A stretch of DNA of 64,000 nt from an uncultured delta proteobacterium (lineage in GTDB: Bacteria > Myxococcota > B64-G9). Below the pieces are notes generated by a model. That model was given only the letters and a program-made list of their open reading frames with translations. It was not told the DNA's origin and did no database searches. Shown here piece by piece: positions 47,376-56,309 of this stretch. Within the stretch, counting starts at the first letter, position 1, and each line of letters opens with the position of its first letter. Location: positions 128,001 to 192,000 of the forward strand of contig CAVWHX010000011.1 of NCBI GenBank assembly GCA_963754925.1, read 5' to 3'. The translations under genes and the position numbers were made by a program.

Positions 47376-47993
47376 TTATTGTTCATGACCGACCTGTCGG
47401 CCCGCCGCCTGGCGTTCGATCCAAGCCAGGAGCTCATCCCGACCAAGGTGCGCGGTGCTGGAAAAAACCAATCCGGTTGTCTGGACATTGAACATTCTAT
47501 CGAGTTCCCGGCCGCGCGCCCGAGCCTGAGCGCCCGAGAGCTTGTCGGCCTTGGTCCATACCAAAAGCCTCGGCGCTCCCGAGCGGGCAAGTACTTCGAG
47601 CAACGACCTATCGAGCTCATCCGGATCTCGGCGAATGTCGAAAAGAGCGACTATTCCCCGCAGCGGTCGTTTGGCGTTCAGGTAATCATCCACGAGCCGA
47701 TGCCAGCGAATCTGGTCTTGGCGCGGGGCCTTGGCGAAACCATAGCCCGGCAGGTCCACCAATATAAAACGCTCCTCAACGCAGAAGAACACCAAACTGC
47801 GCGTTCTGCCCGGAGTACGCGAGATGCGCGCTAGGTTCTTTATGCCCACCACGGCGTTGATCAACGTCGATTTGCCAGAATTCGAACGCCCCACAATCGC
47901 TATCTCGGGCAGCGCCGGTGCGGGGAAGGCGGCCGCGTGCGGCGCCTCCGTCAGAAGTCTTGCCGAGAGCGTGCGCATAACCAGCCTTTCCAC
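47376..47993 (-). CDS. engB: Ribosome-biogenesis GTPase EngB/YihA
   Basis: PEIAIVGRSNSGKS, SRTPGRT, DLPGYG, TKADK. Confidence 0.95.
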   Translation of the reverse strand: MERLVMRTLSARLLTEAPHAAAFPAPALPEIAIVGRSNSGKSTLINAVVGIKNLARISRTPGRTRSLVFFCVEERFILVDLPGYGFAKAPRQDQIRWHRLVDDYLNAKRPLRGIVALFDIRRDPDELDRSLLEVLARSGAPRLLVWTKADKLSGAQARARGRELDRMFNVQTTGLVFSSTAHLGRDELLAWIERQAAGRQVGHEQ

Positions 47994-48005
47994 CCGGGCT
48001 CGGGT

Positions 48006-48536
48006 TTATCCCCCGATACGTGGGCCGCCATGCACGTGCGGAGAGGCTCGCCGAATCCGATTTCCTCTAAGAATGATCGCGAGCGCAACTCCCATGACAA
48101 GAATGGTAAACAGCAACAAGGCAACCTGGGGCGACGCCGAACGCAGGCTGATGCACACCGACTCGCTTCCTTTAATCTGAGTCACTTCCAACCATGCATG
48201 GGCGATAATCGCGAAAAGCCCGGTCATTCCCAAAAGCAGCAGGATCGCCTGTTCGATCTGTTGACGCCGCCAGTACCAACATCCCATAACGCACACTGCC
48301 AGCAGAAGCACCACACTAGCAGCCAGACCGGTCGTGTCCGGCAGCGGCATCACGGCCGGCTGACCGGCGCCGGTCTGCGTAAGCAACCTCACGCTCAGGT
48401 CGTTGTGATGGGGCCACGGCATTCCATTCGAGATTGCGAGCACGCTCAGTAGGCCGACCGCCGCCGCCACGATCCCAGCGGCGCGCCTGGTAGCCGGATA
48501 GCGTGTCAAAAACAGCTCATTTCTTATCTTGCCCAT
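48006..48536 (-). CDS. Small hypothetical membrane protein (about 4 TM); start uncertain
   Basis: Four hydrophobic segments; fills the gap between the cytochrome gene and engB. Confidence 0.55.
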   Translation of the reverse strand: MGKIRNELFLTRYPATRRAAGIVAAAVGLLSVLAISNGMPWPHHNDLSVRLLTQTGAGQPAVMPLPDTTGLAASVVLLLAVCVMGCWYWRRQQIEQAILLLLGMTGLFAIIAHAWLEVTQIKGSESVCISLRSASPQVALLLFTILVMGVALAIILRGNRIRRASPHVHGGPRIGG

Positions 48537-48978
48537 GGGCAACAGGCGCCCACATACGCACGTACTCAAATGTTCGGACGCTCGGGGTGAGCTCGGTATG
48601 GCAGCGGCGGCAGGTGTTTTCATTGACCGGCGTCAACCCAACGATATGGGAAAGTTCATGATCCTTCATCACGTTGATGCGTGAATATATCTGACCGGAA
48701 CCGTGGCAGCTTTCGCATTGCACGCCGGCGTTGGGTCCTTCCTGCATGCCATGGCACAGGGTACAGCGTTGGTCGTCAGCGCGTGAGCCGGTGAGAGCTT
48801 TCTGCGCGCGGGCGTGAGGAGAGCGCTCCCAGACTTGATAGGCGACCGGGTGGCACGTCTTACACGCGCTCGCCCCGACAAAATCGGTCGGCGCCGTCGC
48901 GGCGAATACCAACGAGCCAATCGCCAGAACCGCCGCTACCAGAGTAATCCGCCACCACCGCATACGGTCTCCTTGCAT
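48517..48978 (-). CDS. Tetraheme cytochrome c (c554-like)
   Basis: Signal peptide; CKTCH, CTLCH, CESCH, CRRCH; FVGASAC...WERSPHA. Confidence 0.92.
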   Translation of the reverse strand: MQGDRMRWWRITLVAAVLAIGSLVFAATAPTDFVGASACKTCHPVAYQVWERSPHARAQKALTGSRADDQRCTLCHGMQEGPNAGVQCESCHGSGQIYSRINVMKDHELSHIVGLTPVNENTCRRCHTELTPSVRTFEYVRMWAPVAHGQDKK

Positions 48979-49092
48979 CTCTTCAGGAACAAGACGTTAG
49001 TGTGGCTTGCGGCGGACTGTCAAGGAAACTAAGTATATTGATGTGACAACTGCTAATATGCGCGCGCCGGGAGACGCCGAGCAGGGGGCCCT

Positions 49093-49222
49093 TAGAGACT
49101 GTTACCTCACGAAAGTGAGGGTTACAGTCTCTTATCCTTTAGGGCCCGCCGAACGGGGCCGCATCTCGCTTCGCTCGATGGATAAGAGATTGTATGCAAC
49201 GCTTCGCTTGCTACAATCTCTA
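49093..49222. repeat. Inverted doublet of family-A elements (49093-49144 minus, 49180-49222 plus)
   Basis: Both read GGATAAGAG-NNN-GTA...TA(A)C-NNN-CTCTA with complementary NNN. Confidence 0.8.
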
Positions 49223-49279
49223 AGATGCGAGGCGGCAGGACCCGGTGCAAATTTTTATTTGTGGCGTTAATGCCTTCTG

Positions 49280-50179
49280 TTACTGCCCGATTCCGAACAT
49301 GGCCTTGAAGATATGCCCGGCCATTTGGGGATTTTCTTTGAGGCGCCGGGTGGAGTACCCGTACCACTCCTTGCCGAAGGGAACATAGACCCGCATCGGA
49401 TACCCCTGCCCTACCAGCGCGGCCCTTTTCTCTTCACGCACCCCAAGGAGCATCTGAAACTCGTACTCCTGGTTACCAAGACTGCGTTCTCGAATGACGC
49501 TCGCGGCGTCTTCAATCAAGTCCTCATCGTGGGTTGCGATTCCGACGTAGCTTTTTGCGTCAAACATTTGCCGCAAGATCTCCTTGAAGTTCTCTCGTAC
49601 CGGCTCCTTGCCTTGATAGGCGATAGTTGCCGGCTCCACATAGATTCCCTTGCACAGCCGAAATATTGTTCGAGCCTCCTGGGTCAGATATTGTACGTCC
49701 CGGCTGGTGCGTTTAAGATAGGCCTGGACGGCTATCCCGACATTCGAAAAATTCTTTCGGACCTCACGGTAGAGTCTTAAGGTGGCATCCGTGTCCGCGC
49801 TATCCTCCATGTCGATCCACACAAAATTTCCGCGGGTTTTGGCGTGCTCCAACATGGCGGAAACATTATGAAGGCAGGCTTGGTAGTTGATTTTCAGACC
49901 CAGGGAAGTCAACTTGATGGAATGATTCGCATCGAGCTTGTTTTTTTCAAGGGCCTCCAACACCCCATAACAAACTTCCCGCATGGATTGAGCCTGACGC
50001 AGGTCGCTGATGAACTCCCCTAACGCATCAACCGTCGCCCGCATTCCCCTGGAATTCAGTTCTCTAATCACCCGAACCGCGTCGTCCAAGCTCTCCCCGG
50101 CAATGTAGCGCTTAGCCACCGCGGCCACAATAAACCGTGGAATGAAGGGCAAGCTCCAGGCAACGAGATGGTTGAGCAT
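49280..50179 (-). CDS. Monofunctional proline dehydrogenase
   Basis: RYIAGE, SIKLTSLG, IDMED, QAYL, RLCKGIY, ATHD, FQMLLG, YVPFG, RRLKENP. Confidence 0.95.
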   Translation of the reverse strand: MLNHLVAWSLPFIPRFIVAAVAKRYIAGESLDDAVRVIRELNSRGMRATVDALGEFISDLRQAQSMREVCYGVLEALEKNKLDANHSIKLTSLGLKINYQACLHNVSAMLEHAKTRGNFVWIDMEDSADTDATLRLYREVRKNFSNVGIAVQAYLKRTSRDVQYLTQEARTIFRLCKGIYVEPATIAYQGKEPVRENFKEILRQMFDAKSYVGIATHDEDLIEDAASVIRERSLGNQEYEFQMLLGVREEKRAALVGQGYPMRVYVPFGKEWYGYSTRRLKENPQMAGHIFKAMFGIGQ

Positions 50180-50247
50180 AGCCTCTTTATGGCACGGGAC
50201 CGACAACATATTGTCGATCGTTGGTTACGGTACAAAATATCGTGAAC

Positions 50248-50291
50248 TAAATCACGCCCCCGATTCAAGCGAAGTCTCGAATCGGGGGTCG
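50248..50291. repeat. Palindromic element, family B copy 2
   Basis: taaatcacg-cccccgattc...gaatcggggg; similar to 37726-37768. Confidence 0.7.
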
Positions 50292-50557
50292 GTCCTTAAT
50301 TACCATTATACCTCATGAACGCATGGCGGGACAGAGCACGCCTTCATTTCCCCAGAAAATCTCCTCCTCTTTATGAATCGCCATACGAATACAGACCCCA
50401 TATCTATCAGTAGTACATTCTTCTTGCAAATGCCGTCGCTATGGATAAAAGAATTACCGGTGCCGTCTATCTGGGAAAGGCAGAGACAAGGCGAAGGTAG
50501 CAAAAAGAACCGTGTTCAGGTCAACCAGCGATACGACGCAACAAGGAGCATTGATTA

Positions 50558-52642
50558 ATGGAAAAATTTTTCTATCCTCGCAGCCTGGTAGTATTCGGGG
50601 CTTCAACGACAAAAATGAATCTCGGACAAATCGTCCTGCTCAACAACAAACAAATCGGCTTCAAAGGCGCCCTGTACGGCGTCGGCAGCCAGGCGGGCGA
50701 AATAAACGGCATCCCCGTTTATAAAAATGTCGCCGATCTTCCGGAAACTCCCGATGTCGCCATTTTCTTAACGCCGGCTAAAACCGTCCCCGCCCTTATG
50801 GAGGCCTGCGGCCAAAAGGGAATCCGGCATATCGTCATTGAATCGGGCGGCTTTAGCGAATATTCGGACGACAATTACTCTCTCGAGGAAGAAGTTCTAA
50901 AAATTGCCGAAAAATACGGCATGAAGGTCATCGGCCCGAACTGCGTTGGTACCGTAAATTTCGACATCAACATGATGATGCCGTTTGCTTTTTTTAAGGA
51001 TATCCCGACCGGCGGCCGTGTCGGCCTTATTGTCCAGAGCGGCGGCGTTGGCGGAACGTATCTGCGCGGTATTTACGGTCACGGCATCAAACCAGGTAAA
51101 TTTGTTGCGATAGGAAACAAGCTCCAGCTCGATGAGGTTGATTTCCTCGAATATCTTCTTCACGACGACAAGACCGATCTTATCGCCGCGTATCTGGAAG
51201 GGTTCAAACGGGGAAGATCTTTTTTTGATCTGGCCATGCAATCGGAAAAACCGATAATCGTGCAAAAATCCAACACCAGTCCGATGAGCGCAAAGATTGC
51301 TCAATCTCACACCGCGGCGCTTTCGAGCAGCGAGGAAGTGGTCGACGGCGCTTTTCGTCAGGCGGCGGTCATCCGCATTGAAGATGAGCCTGCGTTTATT
51401 GACGCCATCAAAGTGATCCGTCTCCCGCTGATGAAGGGCCGGCGCGTCGCCGTTCTTTCGCGCTCGGGTGGACACGCGGTTCTCTCCGCCGACGCCTGCG
51501 CCAAGTTCGGTTTTGAAATTGTCCCGTTCCCTCACCCATTCATCGAAAAGCTCAAAACCATTTATAACACCCGCGTTATCGCCCACCAGAACCCTCTGGA
51601 TCTGGGAGAGATCTTCGACTACACCATATTCATCCAAATTCTTGAGGAAGCTCTGAAGCTGGATACGTATGACGGCGTTTTATTCAACCATGTATATGCA
51701 GCCAATTTTGAAGCGCAAATGTCGCGGACGTTCCTTTCGGGCGTAGAACAGCTCGTTGAAAAATATCAAAAACCGGTCTGCTTGGCCCTCATTTCAGACC
51801 GTGAGGAAATTCTCGATATTTCGAAGACTCAAGCATTTCCTACTTTCACCTCGCCGTTGGAGGCAGCAGCCGCTCTTCATGTTTCGTTGACGTATTATCA
51901 ACGCAAGGAAGCGCGTAACGCCCGGGGCAACGTTCCCTCCTATGATGTTGATCGAGACACGATTCAAACCATCGGGAAATGCTGCGGCCGGGAAAAACGG
52001 ATCCCGCTCACCGACGAAGCTCTGACTATTTGCTCAGCTGCCGGATTGCAGCCGGTAAAAAGCATGGTCGTCCGCAACGCCAAATCCGTTGGCCGCATCC
52101 CCTTGAAGTATCCCGTCGCCCTGAAAATCATTTCCCGCGATGCCTCCCATAAATCAGATGTCGGCGGCGTGAAGATACATATCATCAACCGGAAAGCTCT
52201 GGTTGCGGCCATCGCAGAAATGGAAAAAACCATCAAGCGCCTGAAGCCGCGTCCAACCATCGATGGCTTTCTGGTTCAAGAGATGGCGCAGGCGGGTATC
52301 GAATGTTTTGTCGGCGGCCGTCGTGACCAGGCTTTCGGCCCTATCATCATGGTGGGACTGGGAGGCGTTTTCATCGAGATATTCAAGGATACGTCGATCC
52401 GCTTAGCGCCGGTGACCAAAAAGGAGGCTACCGACATGCTCAAAGAACTCAAAGCCTACCCTCTTCTCCAGGGAGTTAGAGGCAAAGGCCGGGCCGATGT
52501 AAAAGCCCTGGTTGAGGTTATCTGTCGTGTATCTTCGTTGCTCACAACGTGTCCCGAGATACGCGAAATGGATCTCAACCCGGTCATGGTCCATCCCGAC
52601 GGCCACGGCGTCTCGATTGTTGATGCCCGGGTATTTTTCTAA
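50558..52642 (+). CDS. ADP-forming acyl-CoA synthetase (acetate-CoA ligase family, fused alpha-beta)
   Basis: FYPRSLVVFGAS, GPNCVG, QSGG, SHTAAL phospho-His, NPLDL, HKSDVGGV, DLNPV..DAR. Confidence 0.93.
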   Translation: MEKFFYPRSLVVFGASTTKMNLGQIVLLNNKQIGFKGALYGVGSQAGEINGIPVYKNVADLPETPDVAIFLTPAKTVPALMEACGQKGIRHIVIESGGFSEYSDDNYSLEEEVLKIAEKYGMKVIGPNCVGTVNFDINMMMPFAFFKDIPTGGRVGLIVQSGGVGGTYLRGIYGHGIKPGKFVAIGNKLQLDEVDFLEYLLHDDKTDLIAAYLEGFKRGRSFFDLAMQSEKPIIVQKSNTSPMSAKIAQSHTAALSSSEEVVDGAFRQAAVIRIEDEPAFIDAIKVIRLPLMKGRRVAVLSRSGGHAVLSADACAKFGFEIVPFPHPFIEKLKTIYNTRVIAHQNPLDLGEIFDYTIFIQILEEALKLDTYDGVLFNHVYAANFEAQMSRTFLSGVEQLVEKYQKPVCLALISDREEILDISKTQAFPTFTSPLEAAAALHVSLTYYQRKEARNARGNVPSYDVDRDTIQTIGKCCGREKRIPLTDEALTICSAAGLQPVKSMVVRNAKSVGRIPLKYPVALKIISRDASHKSDVGGVKIHIINRKALVAAIAEMEKTIKRLKPRPTIDGFLVQEMAQAGIECFVGGRRDQAFGPIIMVGLGGVFIEIFKDTSIRLAPVTKKEATDMLKELKAYPLLQGVRGKGRADVKALVEVICRVSSLLTTCPEIREMDLNPVMVHPDGHGVSIVDARVFF

Positions 52643-52893
52643 AAGTAGCGATAATGGATCCCCGCGGTCCTTATCAGAATGGAAGATATCCCATCTCTCG
52701 ATCCCCCGCACCATTACATGATGATATGTGTCCCTATCCCACTAGTGGGTTATCGGTAGCCCTCTGTCAGTAACAGTAGTGGTAGAGCGCACCAAAAGTA
52801 TCGAGTCGGGGACCTCTCGGCATGAAGGTAACGCTATGGGGAAGGTGATGTTTGTGCAAAAAAATAGTGTTAATATCTGAGCAACATCCCCGA

Positions 52894-53187
52894 TTATCGA
52901 TATCCTGTTTTTGAGGCAATAGGTAGCGGCGGCTCCTGATGAAAGGTATCAAAATCCACCGCCGGTTCTGATGCCGCTGAACGCGCGCTAATCAGTATTT
53001 TTTGGGCAATAAATGTCGGTAGTTCCTCGTGGGAGGTATCAAAATCCACCGCCGGTTCTGGTCCCGCTGAACGCACGCTAATCAATTGAGCACACTTCCC
53101 CAGTAGCGATACAACTATTGCCGGTAATGCGATAAGAAATAAGCATACGGTTGCGACAATAACTATCAAGGGATTCTTCGCTTTCAT
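52894..53187 (-). CDS. Small protein: one TM/signal plus two 30-aa tandem repeats
   Basis: AGGAGG RBS; 90-bp-period repeat (52944-52994 vs 53034-53084). Confidence 0.65.
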   Translation of the reverse strand: MKAKNPLIVIVATVCLFLIALPAIVVSLLGKCAQLISVRSAGPEPAVDFDTSHEELPTFIAQKILISARSAASEPAVDFDTFHQEPPLPIASKTGYR

Positions 53188-53375
53188 GATAGCCTCCTTG
53201 GAAGAAGATCAGTGATCAGTGAATAGGAATCATTCCTCATTCACCATTCCCCGACCACCAGGCAAAAACGATTCCTCTGACCCTCAATTCCCAGCTGTTG
53301 GTGATCAGAAAAGAAAACAGCCCGCCGAAGGGTACGATAATCAAATGGACGTGTCAAGAAAAAAATCGTAATTAA

Positions 53376-53516
53376 CTAAAAAACTAATTGTACCAATTCC
53401 TTAACCCTGTATTTGCCGATGCGGTCGACATCGAGGCTGCCCAAAGACAGATTGCTGCCGTACTCCTGCACCGAGGTTACTTCATAGAGATGTTGCCCGG
53501 TGGGGTTCTTAAGCTC
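53376..53516 (-). pseudogene. 3' remnant of a second strictosidine-synthase-like gene
   Basis: LKNPTGQHLYEVTSVQEYGSNLSLGSLDVDRIGKY vs LQDPTGEHLYEVTSAQEYGGYLYLGSLEADRIGKY in the intact gene. Confidence 0.8.
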
Positions 53517-53547
53517 TCGGATCTTGCGCCCGATGGCTGGTATGTTG

Positions 53548-53850
53548 TTAGTTGTTTTTTCTCTTTTTCCTTGTCCAGCGCCGGATACCAATTATCGCGC
53601 TACCGACAGCAACAATGATGAGGAAATTTTCTACGACAAGCCCAACAAGACACGCCGGCACGCTGGGATCGTGAACGTTCCCGGACACCCAAATCGCGAA
53701 CAACAGAAGCGGCGAATAAATGTAGAACAGCAGATCCGATCTCGAACCTAAACTTGCCCACCAAAAAGAGGCGGTGAATGCGACGGCGATCGCAAGCGAC
53801 AACCCGCACCACAGTGCTATGTTTCTCATACGGTGCATTTGTGTCCTCAA
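53548..53850 (-). CDS. Small hypothetical membrane protein (3 TM)
   Basis: Three hydrophobic segments and a basic C-terminus. Confidence 0.55.
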   Translation of the reverse strand: MRTQMHRMRNIALWCGLSLAIAVAFTASFWWASLGSRSDLLFYIYSPLLLFAIWVSGNVHDPSVPACLVGLVVENFLIIVAVGSAIIGIRRWTRKKRKNN

Positions 53851-53895
53851 ACTGCCAGCGGATTCGTCGTTTGGGCCATCCGTGGATTCCGCACC

Positions 53896-54963
53896 CTATT
53901 CCCCGACCTGGTACTTGCCGATTCGGTCGGCTTCAAGACTCCCTAAATACAGGTAGCCACCGTATTCCTGTGCCGAGGTGACCTCATAAAGGTGTTCGCC
54001 GGTAGGGTCCTGGAGGGATTCTACAATCTCGCCTTTTTCGTTCAGGGCCACGACCAGGCCGTAGCGCTTCGGTTTCGGCAATAAGAATTTCGGAAGCTTG
54101 GACGCAATTAATTTCACGAAGGGATACGGACTAATCGCATCCAGGAGAGGATCCCGGGTGGTAAACAACGCGAGCCAAAACCGTCCCTTCCGGTTCGCAG
54201 AGATGTTGTCCGGAAACCCGGGGAGATTATCGATGAAAATGTCGCTTCCGCCGGCCTTGGATCCCGCAAGCCAATACCGTTGAATGCGAAATCGGGACGT
54301 CTCATTCACCAAGACAAAATCTTCGTTTTGAGATAAGGCGACACCGTTTGCGAAGAAGAGATCCTTCATCAGCACGGTTACCTGCTTGGTCGCCGGATCG
54401 TAGCTCATAAACCTTCCATGCGGCCGCGCTTCGAATATGTCGTAAAGAAAGTCGCGTATCTCGAACTTGTCCGACGCATCAGTGAAATAGATTATGCCGT
54501 TGCCGGCGATATCGAGCGCGTCGGTAAATTTGAACGGACCTCCTTCGGCGGTCGTGGCCAGCACCGTTATCGCACCGTTTTTATCGATGGAGAGCAGGCC
54601 CTTATACGCATCGCAAACGACAAGGTTGCCGTCGCGATCAAACTTCATTCCCAGCGGGCGCCCTCCGGTTTCGGCAAACGTTTCCATCTTGCCGTCTGGC
54701 AGTATCCGTAGTATTATGCCTCCCCACGTCCCGCCATAAACGCGACCCTGGTCATCCACCGCAACTTCCTCGGGCCCGTTGATCGTTCCCTTGGCCAAAA
54801 GCTCGGCTTTCTGGAGCAGATTGTTCGGCGCCAGAACCCCGGTCATTTCAGGCTGTTGGGGAGGGTTATACGCAACGGGATCAGTTGGCGCTTTGGACAG
54901 AGCCAGGGCAATTAAGAGCGCAAGAATCACCACGGAAATTAAAAACGCCAGTTTTTTCAGCAT
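53896..54963 (-). CDS. Strictosidine-synthase/SMP-30/APMAP-like beta-propeller protein
   Basis: GPEE, GGRPLG, YFTDAS, FANGVALS, NLPGFPDNI; GGAGG RBS before ATG 54963. Confidence 0.92.
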   Translation of the reverse strand: MLKKLAFLISVVILALLIALALSKAPTDPVAYNPPQQPEMTGVLAPNNLLQKAELLAKGTINGPEEVAVDDQGRVYGGTWGGIILRILPDGKMETFAETGGRPLGMKFDRDGNLVVCDAYKGLLSIDKNGAITVLATTAEGGPFKFTDALDIAGNGIIYFTDASDKFEIRDFLYDIFEARPHGRFMSYDPATKQVTVLMKDLFFANGVALSQNEDFVLVNETSRFRIQRYWLAGSKAGGSDIFIDNLPGFPDNISANRKGRFWLALFTTRDPLLDAISPYPFVKLIASKLPKFLLPKPKRYGLVVALNEKGEIVESLQDPTGEHLYEVTSAQEYGGYLYLGSLEADRIGKYQVGE

Positions 54964-55005
54964 ACTCACCTCCCCTTGCGAGGGTGTTACATAAGAAAAA
55001 AAATG

Positions 55006-55075
55006 GTCACCCCCGCGCAGGCGGGGGTCCAGATGTCCTTCGTAAAGACTGGATTCCCGCTTCCGCGGGAATGAC
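55006..55075. repeat. REP-like gtca...tgac double palindrome (family C, copy 1)
   Basis: gtcacccccgcgcaggcgggggtcca...tggattcccgcttccgcgggaatgac. Confidence 0.85.
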
Positions 55076-55122
55076 ACCCAAAGAGGTCTACAATACCCTC
55101 CTGCTAGATTAAGAAAATATGC

Positions 55123-56262
55123 CTATTCCAATTTTCCTCGTAGATTCGCCTGTATTGCCTGTGCTTCTTTTACCGTTCTTTCGATAACCTCGGCGACCGT
55201 AGGGAGGTCATGAATGATACCCTGCACCTGCCCGATAAGCTGCACACCTTTTTCAAGATCACCTTCCTGGGTGGCTTTTTGTATCGCAAGGTATGCCTGC
55301 GCCATGTGCGCAAGATTCATGGCCGTTTTCGGGCCTTCAAAGAAACCTCTTATGATTGATTTCTTTTTTCTTGGTCTATCGCTGGAATGAGATGGTGCCG
55401 GCGAACCCGGCGTTCGTTCGGATTTTTCTTTTTTTCCCCTGATACCGTCGATGTCGCCAGCTTGGTCCACGATAGGTTCAACGATTTTGCTATCGCAAAA
55501 GACGCCATTAACCCTTTGGGCAGGTTGCGCCCCCTCTTGACGGCCTTTTCGGCGGCCGGGGTTTTCAGCACGCGGCAGTACAACGCATCGAAGCGGTTCG
55601 AATAGATCGTGTCTTCAATACCGCTCTCAAGCTCCTTCTTTTGAGTTCTTTCGTGGACCGGGCTTTCCTTGGTCATGGAAAGCCGCGTTCCCATCCCGAT
55701 ACCTTCCGCCCCCAAAGCAAGCGCCGCTGCCATACCCCGGCCGTCGGCAATTCCCCCGATGGCGACGACCGGGATCTTAACCGCATCGACGACCGCAGGC
55801 ACCAATACCAGCGTCGTAACCAGACTTCCATGCGCCGCCGCCTCATGGCCGGTTACTTGCAGGGCGTCGGCTCCCGATCTCTCCGCAGCCAGAGCGTGTT
55901 GGACGGTTGTTACGGTCGCTATCACCTTGCCGCCGTAAGCATGAACTCTTTTTTATGAGATCGACTCCCTTGCCCAGCGATAGGTTGAGGACCGGAACCT
56001 TCTCAGCAATCGCGACCTCGGCGTTTTCTCGGGCGCCGGGCATAATGAGCGTGATGCCCACGCCAAAAGGCTTATCGGTAAGCTGTCTGATTCTGTTAAT
56101 GGATTCTCTGGTCTTATCAGGACTCAGAGGACCGGTGGCGAGGTATCCGAGCCCTCCGGCATTGCACACCGCGGCCACGAGCGTAGGCACGCTAATCCAA
56201 CTCATCCCCGGAAGAATGATGGGATACTTGATCCCGAATAATTCCGTTATTCTTGTTTTCAC
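55123..56262 (-). pseudogene. Nitronate monooxygenase/FabK-like flavoprotein with two frameshifts, possibly sequencing errors
   Basis: MKTRITELFGIKYPII, GHEAAAHG, GGIADGRG, MGTR, GQVQGII spread over three frames; breaks at T6 55949-55954 and at about 55423-55439. Confidence 0.85.
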
Positions 56263-56309
56263 GGTAGGTTCCCCGAAATTTCAGAATGTTCGTATTGTGG
56301 TGATCCCGG

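Noticed and set aside
50300..50557. Riboswitch upstream of the ADP-forming ligase
   Set aside because: Only one imperfect hairpin was seen and no recognisable aptamer consensus
54964..55077. N-terminal extension MSFPRKRESS...LDPRLRGGD of the strictosidine-synthase-like ORF
   Set aside because: It is a translation of the family-C REP palindrome; the real start is 54963 with an RBS
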